From Methanobrevibacter olleyae (GTDB lineage: Archaea > Methanobacteriota > Methanobacteria > Methanobacteriales > Methanobacteriaceae), in the NCBI GenBank assembly GCA_015063035.1, contig SUTG01000015.1, positions 8,389 to 40,388 on the forward strand: a stretch of 32,000 bases of DNA, in the 5' to 3' direction. Under the pieces are notes generated by a model. It did no database searches and was not told where the DNA came from. It was given only the letters and a program-made list of their open reading frames with translations. Position numbers and translations under genes: made by a program. This document shows, piece after piece, positions 1 to 8,667 of the stretch (its first letter is position 1; each line of letters starts with the position of its first letter).

Positions 1-262
1 AAAAGTTAGCAAAAAGAACATGATCCAATTTGTCCACTTGACTTTTGAGAGCATCACTAACCTCATCATTGCAGTGCCCAAGCAAATTGCACCACCAGGA
101 GCTGATGATGTCTATATACTCCTTGCCCTCTACATCATATAGCTTAACCCCTTTTCCATGGTCAATTATTATTGGCGGAAAATCTTCATAGTCTTTCATC
201 TGAGAAGCAGGATGCCAAATATGGGCCAAATCCTTTTCAATGCATTTATTAATTTTATCCAT
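1..262 (-). CDS. bioA: Adenosylmethionine-8-amino-7-oxononanoate aminotransferase BioA, N-terminal 87 codons; gene runs off the left edge
   Basis: Not in the ORF track because it is an edge-truncated ORF. Minus-strand translation from the ATG at 262-260 gives MDKINKCIEKDLAHIWHPASQMKDYEDFPPIIIDHGKGVKLYDVEGKEYIDIISSWWCNLLGH..KSQVDKLDHVLF. The HIWHP and SSWW..GH boxes match BioA-type class III aminotransferases. Confidence 0.8.
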   Translation of the reverse strand, partial: MDKINKCIEKDLAHIWHPASQMKDYEDFPPIIIDHGKGVKLYDVEGKEYIDIISSWWCNLLGHCNDEVSDALKSQVDKLDHVLFANF

Positions 263-409
263 ATTAAAACCTTATAATTTAGAATGATTAACTAAAATTA
301 CTATTCAATTAAAACCTTATAATTTAGAATGATTAACTAAAATTACTATTCAATTAAAACCTTATAATTTAGAATGATTAACTAAAATTACTATTCAATT
401 AAAACCTTG
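263..409. repeat. 45-bp perfect tandem repeat, 3 full copies plus a 12-nt partial copy, directly abutting the bioA start codon
   Basis: The unit attaaaaccttataatttagaatgattaactaaaattactattca occurs at 263-307, 308-352 and 353-397. A partial copy lies at 398-409 and continues into a diverged older copy up to about 442. Confidence 0.95.
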
Positions 410-549
410 AACTTAAGATGATAATTAAATTCTTCATTATAAGATTAGACTTTATATTAAATAAACTTAATTTAATCGATACGTATTTTGAATTATTCGA
501 TTAGTTTTATTGTCAAATTATTTTAAAAGATGATTGGGATTTCAATGTA

Positions 550-1614
550 TTATTTCAAAACAATGGTATTTGCAAGGGCTGCGATTTGAGATTTATTTAA
601 GCTAGTATACTTTAAAACATCCTCAACTTTGAATCCATCTTCTAAAAGCCTTTCTACAACTTTCACCTCACCTAAGACTTTTCCTTCTTCCATAGCTTCC
701 TCCTTGACTTCCTCTTTAACTTCCTCTTTAACTTCCTCTTTGGCATTTTCCAAAAGTTCTTTTAATTTTGCTTCCTGTATAACTTGCTTTTCGTACATAT
801 CTAACTTATGCAAATCCTCTTCGCTTAACATTTTACTATCCCTCTTAAATTTTTCAAGCTGTTGCCTATCTAAAACTTGTTGAGCAAGCAATCTTTGATG
901 ATTCTTAATATCAATAAAAACATGTTTATCTGAAATATTAAGTTTTGAAGTTATCTCATCAGTTTTATAAATTAAGTCTTTTCTTTTTTCCAAATCCTCT
1001 GTCATGAATGGAATTGTTAATAATATAGCCAAATCATATTCGTCCGGCTTTTTGTCAATTTCTATTATTTTATCCATTATATTTAAATATGTCGATAAAT
1101 CTAGGCTAGTTAACGATTTAACATGCGGAGTAAACCCATATTCAATTTTTAAGGAATTTAAATCATTTGTATCGGCTATCACATCTTCATCGAAATATTC
1201 CCCAAATCCGAATAATTCATTTGAATCCTCTTTTGCATCTAAACTTATGATAGTCACTATTGTCTCCAATCCCGTTTCCTTATAAACCAAAACTTGATAA
1301 GACCCAAATCTTATTAAATCCTTATCACTTATAGGCCCTGTTTGAAATTCATTTATATACATCTTCGGCTCATCGGATTCTATCAAGTTATCAATATGCA
1401 ACTCTCCGAATATTTCATTGATTTTTTCTGTATTATGAAACTGTTTAATTTTTATTGGATAGCCAATAAGTTTCATAAATCCTTCTCCAGCGATAGACAT
1501 CACATTTTTAAAGTATTTATCATAAGGCTTATGAACCCTATAATCACCCTTATCAATCTTTAAGTTAGATGATGGATTAGTATTGGTCAGAGGAAAATCT
1601 TTACCAATTGTCAT
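550..1614 (-). CDS. PD-(D/E)XK nuclease-family putative transposase (Rpn/YhgA-like)
   Basis: 354-aa ORF. The ATG is preceded by GGTGAT, 3 nt upstream. PYDKYFKNVM resembles the N-terminal HD..FK box. ELHIDNL..MYINEFQT resembles the D..E-x-Q nuclease core. A Glu/Lys tract (EEVKEEVKEEVKEE) and a helical tail follow. The family was assigned from recalled motifs only. Confidence 0.5.
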   Translation of the reverse strand: MTIGKDFPLTNTNPSSNLKIDKGDYRVHKPYDKYFKNVMSIAGEGFMKLIGYPIKIKQFHNTEKINEIFGELHIDNLIESDEPKMYINEFQTGPISDKDLIRFGSYQVLVYKETGLETIVTIISLDAKEDSNELFGFGEYFDEDVIADTNDLNSLKIEYGFTPHVKSLTSLDLSTYLNIMDKIIEIDKKPDEYDLAILLTIPFMTEDLEKRKDLIYKTDEITSKLNISDKHVFIDIKNHQRLLAQQVLDRQQLEKFKRDSKMLSEEDLHKLDMYEKQVIQEAKLKELLENAKEEVKEEVKEEVKEEAMEEGKVLGEVKVVERLLEDGFKVEDVLKYTSLNKSQIAALANTIVLK

Positions 1615-1920
1615 GATATCACCAAAAAAATTATAATCAATGCCTAATTTATAAAAACTAATATATAAATTAGTAGTTTTTAATAAAACTCCTTTAACAA
1701 TCTCAAATCAATATTCTAAGGATTTTAAACTTTTTAAAATTATTATAATAATCTAATGAAATTATAAATTAAATCGCCAGTGAAAGATCATAATGAAATC
1801 AATTAAAAAAAAACAAGTCAAATAAAAAAAATAAAACAACTAAAAAAAACAACTAAAAAAATATACAATAAAACCAAATAAACAAAAAACAACTAAAAAA
1901 ATAAGAAAAAAATAAAAATT

Positions 1921-1965
1921 ATTAAAAAAAATAAGAAAAAGTGAAATATTGTAAGAATATTTCAC
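1921..1965 (-). terminator. Hairpin plus T-tract terminator immediately after the beta-helix protein gene
   Basis: Stem gtgaaatatt (1941-1950) pairs with aatatttcac (1956-1965) around a 5-nt loop. On the minus strand it is followed by TTTTTCTTATTTTTTTT. It abuts the stop codon at 1966-1968. Confidence 0.6.
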
Positions 1966-3585
1966 TTAAGATTTATATGGATTAGACTCGGTATATGCTA
2001 CACCATCAACATATAAAGTGTGTCCTTCATAATAGATTTCACCATTGTTTTCCAAGCTTGTTATATGACTGTCTCCATCTAATGTCCAGTCAGAGCCAGA
2101 TTCGATTACGACATCAGTTTGTCCAAAATCATCAGAAGGATTGATGGTTCCAACATAGCTGGTAGAGCTTAAAGTCATATTCAATGAACTGATGGAATCT
2201 ACAATAATGTTTCCATCGAGAATTTCATCTTTTGCATTGAAAGTGAGCTGGCCACCATTTGAACCTGCTGTTCCCCATTGGCTTTGACCTGAAACATCCA
2301 ATAATGTGCCGCTGCCATAGTTAAGTTCTGTTTTTTCCAAATTAATGATTGCCTTGGTATTGGTAACATGGAACATTGGTGCAGATTCATAATACTCGGA
2401 ATCAGATAGAATTGACAATGCAGAATCCTTTGCAGTGAAAATGGATGTGCCCACATCAGCATCTCCACTCATGCTTTGATAGATGAATACACCACCTAAA
2501 TCCACATATTCACCATTATCCTGCCTGTTTCCACCTGCAGCTGCAGACAAGTCACAGTTTGTAAGTTCAATGCTGTTTTTACCTTCAATACAAGCTATTT
2601 GAGAAACATAAGCAGTACCTACAGAGTTTGCTACAGTTATGTTTCCTGTAGAGTAGATTATTGGTGAACCACTACCGCTTTCCTTGCTCACTCCCGTATT
2701 CAGTTCACTGTCACTTACATGAACCTCTCCTTCACCACGATCAGTGGCAAGAGCTGCACAGCTTTGACCATTTGTATTGATTATGACATTTTGAGCATTG
2801 ATGATCCCATTGTATGTTGCATCAAGTCCACGGGACTGGTCACTGTATGTGGTAATTTCCACATTTTCAATATTTGCCACTGTTGAACCTTCTACACTAT
2901 CTTGATTAGATGCGGACATAGCTGATGATTCACCACCACTAGGAGCTCCATTAGAATCACCAGAACTCATTTCAGGAGGAGTGCCACCATCTGAAGAATT
3001 ATCACCAGAACTCATAGAAGGAGGACTGCCACCATTCGAAGAATTATCACCGGAAGGCATAGCAGGAGGTGTTCCTCCATTAGTTGAATCTTCTCCAGAC
3101 CCGCTTGAACTTTCTGCCAATCCATTACCGTCCAATACAACAGAACCATTAGAAGAGGAAGAGGAACTTTCTGCATTTGTTACAAAAATACCATTTGATC
3201 CTTTTGAATTTGTAATTATCTTTACATTGGAGATATCCAAGCTCCCATTTGTATTAACTAAAACCGCTGAGTTGATTCCATAGAAGTCAACATCATCCCC
3301 AGTTGAACTTGTATCCCCTGTTTTATTGATTATGGAATTAGCTAATTTCAATACTCCATTGTTTTTTACTAAAACAGCGTTTTCATCAGAAGATGAACTT
3401 GAATACAAACCATTGTCTGCAGAGATCTCTTCTGAGTCAACAACTAGATTTCCCTTATCTTCAAGTGCATTTGCATCAACATTTACTGAAGCACTATTAC
3501 CTGATTGCATATTACTTAATGCAAAGGCACCAGCACATATTATTATGATTATTGCAATTATTGCAATTAAGATTTTTTTATTCAT
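1966..3585 (-). CDS. Secreted or membrane-anchored right-handed beta-helix protein, Cthe_2159-like carbohydrate-binding family (putative)
   Basis: The ORF track extends to 3603 with a TTG start. The ATG at 3585 gives MNKKILIAIIAIIIIICAGAFALSN, a signal peptide or anchor. Periodic N/G/S-x-I/V beta-helix turns are present. The blocks DFYGINSAVLV, CAALATDRGEGEV, GSPIIYSTGNI and ACIEGKNSIEL recall the family named after C. thermocellum Cthe_2159. There is an internal S/G/P linker. Confidence 0.55.
   Translation of the reverse strand: MNKKILIAIIAIIIIICAGAFALSNMQSGNSASVNVDANALEDKGNLVVDSEEISADNGLYSSSSSDENAVLVKNNGVLKLANSIINKTGDTSSTGDDVDFYGINSAVLVNTNGSLDISNVKIITNSKGSNGIFVTNAESSSSSSNGSVVLDGNGLAESSSGSGEDSTNGGTPPAMPSGDNSSNGGSPPSMSSGDNSSDGGTPPEMSSGDSNGAPSGGESSAMSASNQDSVEGSTVANIENVEITTYSDQSRGLDATYNGIINAQNVIINTNGQSCAALATDRGEGEVHVSDSELNTGVSKESGSGSPIIYSTGNITVANSVGTAYVSQIACIEGKNSIELTNCDLSAAAGGNRQDNGEYVDLGGVFIYQSMSGDADVGTSIFTAKDSALSILSDSEYYESAPMFHVTNTKAIINLEKTELNYGSGTLLDVSGQSQWGTAGSNGGQLTFNAKDEILDGNIIVDSISSLNMTLSSTSYVGTINPSDDFGQTDVVIESGSDWTLDGDSHITSLENNGEIYYEGHTLYVDGVAYTESNPYKS
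2954..3088. repeat. In-frame imperfect 45-bp tandem repeat, about 3 copies, encoding an S/G/D/P-rich linker
   Basis: Units start near 2954, 2996 and 3041. They encode GEDSTNGGTPPAMP, SGDNSSNGGSPPSMS and SGDNSSDGGTPPEMS. Confidence 0.85.
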
Positions 3586-3798
3586 AGGAATTAATAACTC
3601 CAAACTTGCCTATAAATTTTACTATTAACGTAACAAAATAAGAAATCGAAAAATATGAAAAAATTGAAATAATGAATTTAAATTCCCAATTAAAAATCGT
3701 GACCCCACTAACTAGTAGTAGTTAAATCTAATTTGAAGAATATTGTTTAAAAATTTCCTGGATTTATATTCAAATGTTTAACAACTAAAAACAAGTTA

Positions 3799-3837
3799 AA
3801 AAAAAAAAAGTGAAAGGTGGATAAATAAATATCCACT
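3799..3837 (-). terminator. Hairpin plus T-tract terminator after the tannase gene
   Basis: Stem gtggata (3818-3824) pairs with tatccac (3831-3837) around a 6-nt loop. On the minus strand it is followed by CTTTCAC and then a run of 12 T. It lies 4 nt after the stop codon at 3842-3844. Confidence 0.6.
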
Positions 3838-3841
3838 CATT

Positions 3842-5728
3842 TTAGTTTAAGCAATTATTCACCCAATTAATGAAATTGGTGGTGGAGTCACCAGTTCTTT
3901 CTGCTTGGGTGTGTCCTTGACCCCATACAGTTGAAAACTCAACGTTATCTTTTCCAACCTTATTCAACACTGCCAAATATAGGTTGACATCAACACATTG
4001 AGATGTGTCCCCCTGTTCAATACCTGTATTGATTCTCCAATAGTTAGCCACGTCAGAGCTTCCAGCTCCATCATAGTAGTCGCATAAGTAATACATTGGA
4101 TTATACATGTTTACACGGGTTTCCATAGAATTGTTTAAACTATCTGTTGCCGCCAAATCATTTTTATATTGGCTAGCATAATCAGATGAGTAATCACTGT
4201 ATTTGGAGTAAGATTCGCCATTATTGTTAAGCAACTCGCTTAATGTTTTATCGAAATGTGATGAACTGTTTGCATCAATACCAAACAATGCATTTTCAGC
4301 TTGAGAACGTTCCAAATCATCAAAAGCAGCTACAGATTTAGATGGGTTTTTGCAATGTTTTACAAAAGCTTCCAAACTGGTGATTTTTGCTGTGTTTGTA
4401 CTTGCATCATATTCAATCCATGTTTCGTTTCCATTAAGTGAATCTATATAGTCCTGTGCAGTTTCATAGCTTGTTGAAGAGTCTGCATCAGTGCTTTCAC
4501 TTGACATTTCACCACTCAAATTTCCACTTGGAGCCTCACCAGAAGGAGCCTCACCACTCATATTTCCACTTGGAGCCTCACCAGAAGGAGCCTCACCACT
4601 CATATTTCCACTTGGAGCCTCACCAGAAGGAGCCTCACCAGAAGGCATTTCTCCGCTAGTTGCTTCACCTGATTGCATGTCTCCCATGCCATTGGAACTT
4701 GGAGTGTAAGGGAATGTTGTATCATTCAAGAAATTATTCAATGACTCTTCAGTAACACTTAACATATAGTCGTAGTAACTGCCTGATGTATAGATTCCAC
4801 TATCGCTTTCCTCTAGTGTCAATGTGTTTCCATTCGGATCTTTTAAGCCTAAATCGTTAATGTATTTAGCATATTCTGTTGCCAAATCAGTGCTTAATGC
4901 ACCGGTAAATGAATCTGAACTTCTCGCATATTGTCCCAGATTCCATTCATATGCTCCATCAGCTGTATCCAAATTGGTTATTGGACACCAACACATTGAA
5001 CCATAGATTGCATTTGACAATGCGTTTCCATCCTTATCAACCATAGCAGCTCCGATATCCTCCAAATATGGATTATATAATTCACTGTTTCCGGAAGCTC
5101 CCATTATTGCAGATTGGGCTCCTCCTCCACTATGGCCAAATGTGAATATTTTCTCATCATCTCCAGGCAATACATCACCATTGAATCTGTAATAGCTTAC
5201 AGCTGCTTTCAGGTCAACTACACCATCAGGCGCTTCTGCATTGTCTCTTCCTCTGCAACCGGCATTCAAGTAGATGAATCCAGCGTCAGTGTATTCTTTA
5301 ATTTCACCTGCATTGTAGCTTGTAGGTGCTGCACATGAGGAATAACCAGGTGTGTTTACTGGCATCACTATAGGTGCAGAGCCAGCGGTATAATTTCCAA
5401 CCTGTACATTTTCATTTAAACTACAAGTATAAGTCCCATTTGAATTTTTTGTCCCATCAAAGTATTTTCCAGGAACATATATTCCACAGGATTCATAAGC
5501 AGTGTCTTCAGGATTCATACAGTATACAAGACCTATTTGATAATAGATGTCATTTGTTTCGTCATATTGCCAATTATTCATGTCGATTGATAGGGAATTC
5601 GTTAAAACACTTGCATTATATGAAGGCCCATCTCCTGTAGGGGTTGAACTGCCCATCAGGAAAAAAGCTCCTACAATCGCAAGTAGAATAATTATGGCAA
5701 TTGCAATAAGTTTATGTAATTTTTTCAT
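3842..5728 (-). CDS. Secreted tannase (tannin acyl hydrolase, bacterial subtype-B-like alpha/beta hydrolase)
   Basis: The ORF track extends to 5779. The ATG at 5728 has GGTGG 4 nt upstream and gives [28 protein letters not shown], a signal anchor. Several blocks align by eye with Lactobacillus plantarum TanB as I recall it. [12 protein letters not shown] matches [58 protein letters not shown] matches [61 protein letters not shown] matches [29 protein letters not shown] matches HWRIRHGAADRDTS. The C-terminal GHT matches PHS. The Ser, Asp and His triad positions are all present. Confidence 0.8.
   Translation of the reverse strand: [628 protein letters not shown]
4511..4646. repeat. In-frame near-perfect 42-bp tandem repeat, about 3.1 copies, inside the tannase gene
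   Basis: The unit tttccacttggagcctcaccagaaggagcctcaccactcata starts at 4521, 4563 and 4605. It encodes [14 protein letters not shown] repeats. Confidence 0.95.
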
Positions 5729-6153
5729 AATACCACCATTAAGTAATAATAATAATAACTCCCATTTCTTATTTAACATTTTCTAAGAAAAACCCCGTTT
5801 TAATCATTTTTTTTATAATGGAATGCATTAGACTTTTAAAATTATATAAGATTGGGAGGTTTTTACTTTAACATTTTTGGTTGTAATAATTGGGAAATCA
5901 TTATCTATGATATAAGTATGCATATGGAAATGAGGTTTGGGTGTATGTGAAAAAAATTATAAATGTGAAAAGAAACTAAACAAGTTTAAAAATTAAGAAA
6001 GATATGAAAAAAACTGAAATTTAATAGAAATTTAATTAAAAATTTTTGCCTAAGAAACAAGTACAATTTTAATTAAAAGGAAATATAAAATAAAAAAAGA
6101 AATTAAGATAAACTATAAAATAATTATAGCTATCTTCAATATAATTAAAAGAA

Positions 6154-6861
6154 TTATTTGAAATATGAAATCAATTCATCTGCATCTATCTTAGGCAGTA
6201 AATTTGTATCATTTTGATAAACTTTTGCTATAACCGGAACATTGCAAAGATCTTCAACCATCTTGATATTGTCATTTTCCATAAGCTCATCCCTGTAATT
6301 GTTCATGATGATTCCACATGGACGAATGTTTCTGTTTTTCAAGTATTCAACTGTGGTGACAATTGAGTTGATTGTTCCAAGCCCTGCATCGGCAATGAGT
6401 ATGACATCAAGACCAAGATACTTTATTATGTCCTCAAGCATGATGTTGCTCTCATGGTCTTTTCCGTCGTAACGTATAGGGCAAACTATACCTCCACTCC
6501 CTTCCATCACGATATAATCATATTTTTGGGATACCTTTTCATAAGCATCTTTCACTACATCTAAATTTACTGGATTTCCTTCAATCTGACTTGCAAGATG
6601 TGGTGAAACTGCAGTTTCATAAATGTATGGAACCAAGAAATCGGTATCTTCCTCTAAACCAGCCATTGTCAATACCTCTACAGCATCTCCAGGAACCAAA
6701 GAACCATTTTCATCTCTTATGGCTCCACTTAAAGCCGCTTTGAAATAAGTGGCATCATATCCATTGTCACGAATATACTTCAGCAATAATCCGGTGACAT
6801 ATGTTTTTCCAATATCTGTTCCAGTTCCAATTACAAAGAGTCCTTTAGACACAAGTATCAC
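6154..6861 (-). CDS. bioD: Dethiobiotin synthetase
   Basis: 235-aa ORF with the P-loop GTGTDIGKTYVTG. The GTG start overlaps the bioB stop (GTGA). An alternative GTG 3 codons downstream would give MSKGLFVIGTGT. Confidence 0.85.
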   Translation of the reverse strand: MILVSKGLFVIGTGTDIGKTYVTGLLLKYIRDNGYDATYFKAALSGAIRDENGSLVPGDAVEVLTMAGLEEDTDFLVPYIYETAVSPHLASQIEGNPVNLDVVKDAYEKVSQKYDYIVMEGSGGIVCPIRYDGKDHESNIMLEDIIKYLGLDVILIADAGLGTINSIVTTVEYLKNRNIRPCGIIMNNYRDELMENDNIKMVEDLCNVPVIAKVYQNDTNLLPKIDADELISYFK

Positions 6862-7853
6862 AATCCATCTATTGAGTAAGTTATTTCAAAACCTAATTCT
6901 TCCAAAAGTTTCAAGTCATTATCCAATTCCACACCTTGAGTGGTTAGCATATCCCCTAAAATTCCCGCATTTGCACCGGACTGGAATGCCTTTCTGCCAT
7001 TGTCTCCTAAAAGGGCTCTTCCACCAGCCATACGGATATATGCATCAGGATTTATGAATCTGAATATTGCAATTATTCTACATGCCTCATCATTGGATAA
7101 TATCTCATTGTTCTCTACAGGAGTTCCCTTGATTGGGTTCAAGACATTTATTGGTATTGACTTGACTCCATACTCCCTCAATTGCAATGCCAAATCAATC
7201 CTATCCTCAAAGCTTTCACCCATACCAAATATTCCGCCACTGCAAATCATTGCATTTTCATTTTCTATCATGTCCAATGTTTCCAATTTTTCTTCATATG
7301 AATGGGTAGTGCATATTTCCTTGAAGTAATCCCTTGAACTTTCAAGATTGTTGTGAATCCTATCCACACCTGCATCATTCAAAGCGGATATCTGGTCATT
7401 TGTCAAAAGCCCTAATGAAACGCATATCCTTATGTCATTGCATTCCCCTTTTAATTCCTCAATGAGATTGGATAATGTTTCAAAGTCCTTTTGAGTAACT
7501 TTCCTTCCTGAAGCGACATAGGATATCCTTTTGAAACCTGAATTGTAAATGGCTAAAGACTTTTCCTTCAGTTCCTCTTTGGATAGAAGGGGATAAATTT
7601 CAATATCAGTATCATAGTGATTGGATTGGGCACAGAACTTACAGTTTTCACTGCATCTACCGCTTTTCACATTGATTATCATGCAGGCATCGAATCTATT
7701 TGCGCAAAATGACTTTCTTATTTCATTTGCTCCACTTGTCAAATCATCCAATGGAACATCAATGAGATTCATTGCATCCTCCTTAGTGACTTTGTAGCCA
7801 TTCAACACCTTGTCTTTCAATTCATCCACATCAAACATGATACCACTAAACAT
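6858..7853 (-). CDS. bioB: Biotin synthase (radical SAM)
   Basis: 331-aa ORF. It carries the CSENCKFCAQ (CxxxCxxC) radical-SAM cluster, IHNNLESS and a YIRMAGGR-type C-terminal region. It is translationally coupled to bioD. Confidence 0.9.
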   Translation of the reverse strand: MFSGIMFDVDELKDKVLNGYKVTKEDAMNLIDVPLDDLTSGANEIRKSFCANRFDACMIINVKSGRCSENCKFCAQSNHYDTDIEIYPLLSKEELKEKSLAIYNSGFKRISYVASGRKVTQKDFETLSNLIEELKGECNDIRICVSLGLLTNDQISALNDAGVDRIHNNLESSRDYFKEICTTHSYEEKLETLDMIENENAMICSGGIFGMGESFEDRIDLALQLREYGVKSIPINVLNPIKGTPVENNEILSNDEACRIIAIFRFINPDAYIRMAGGRALLGDNGRKAFQSGANAGILGDMLTTQGVELDNDLKLLEELGFEITYSIDGL

Positions 7854-7935
7854 TACAATTGTTATAAAAATAAACTGTTATAAACGATAGAATAAAATCT
7901 TGAAATTAAAAAATATTCTATTTGATAAAGATCGC

Positions 7936-8667
7936 CTAAAGCTTTCTAGCAAAAACCAAATAACCGCTATGGCCAACCATTCTTGTTTTTGGTCTTGTAC
8001 CTTGAGGCCTTATTTCCATTTCTCTCTCAAGGGTTTCAAGAATTGTAAGATCCCTAAAGCCTAATTTCTTTGCAATCCTATAAGCTGTTTCAGCTTGATC
8101 TATATATGGAGCATAAACCGCTAACCATCCTCCAAGCCTTAATGCCTTTTTAACGTCTTCAAAAATCTCAAATGGCTTTGGAAGGTCTAGGAAAACCAAG
8201 TCAATTTCCTCTTCATCGATTCCATCCTTGATGTTTTGGTTTTTGACTTCAATGTTCTTTATTCCAAAATCATCAATGTTCTTTTTAGCAACCTCTGCAA
8301 AGTCTTCACGTATTTCATAAGTGAATACCTTACCTTTTTCTCCGACAACATTTCCGAAGTTCAATGCAATAGCTCCAGCACCTGTACCTGCATCGATTAC
8401 CCTATCACCTGAACCGAGTCCAGTTCGAGCAAGAACAGTTCCAATATCCTTTTGGATAAGAATGGAACATCTTCTGTCCATTAAGTCAATGAAATCATTT
8501 ACAGTTGGCTTAATGACTTTAAACTCCTTATTTAAATGAGTGATTATTGTATCACCAATAGTAGCTCTTTCCATTTGCTCTTTTTTAATAATACCTAAAT
8601 CAGTTTGGAACTCTCTATCTTCCTTGATTAAGTATTTTTTTCCTCTTTCATCCATTAAAATCTTCAA
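7936..8667 (-). CDS. trmI: tRNA (adenine-N1)-methyltransferase, TrmI/Gcd14 family
   Basis: 243-aa ORF with the SAM-binding VIDAGTGAGAIAL motif, DLPKP and a C-terminal HSGYLVFARK typical of TrmI. The start is TTG at 8667 or ATG at 8655. Confidence 0.8.
   Translation of the reverse strand: MKILMDERGKKYLIKEDREFQTDLGIIKKEQMERATIGDTIITHLNKEFKVIKPTVNDFIDLMDRRCSILIQKDIGTVLARTGLGSGDRVIDAGTGAGAIALNFGNVVGEKGKVFTYEIREDFAEVAKKNIDDFGIKNIEVKNQNIKDGIDEEEIDLVFLDLPKPFEIFEDVKKALRLGGWLAVYAPYIDQAETAYRIAKKLGFRDLTILETLEREMEIRPQGTRPKTRMVGHSGYLVFARKL

Noticed and set aside
629-1563. Plus-strand ORFs 629-883, 1004-1285 and 1342-1563
   Set aside because: All three are antisense to the 354-aa Rpn-like ORF. They are low-complexity S/L/F-rich shadows of its Glu/Lys-rich coding sequence.
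1780-1940. A-rich reiterated motif (aaaacaactaaaaaaa, ataagaaaaa) as a possible structured repeat array
   Set aside because: It is irregular, low-complexity poly-A/T sequence downstream of the beta-helix protein gene (1966-3585). It is best explained as T-tract termination and spacer DNA.
4438-4709. Two plus-strand ORFs with striking HLEPHQKEPHHSYF and PLGASPEGASPLIF repeats
   Set aside because: They are antisense read-throughs of the 42-bp in-frame repeat of the tannase gene. The minus-strand frame carries the long family-matching ORF.
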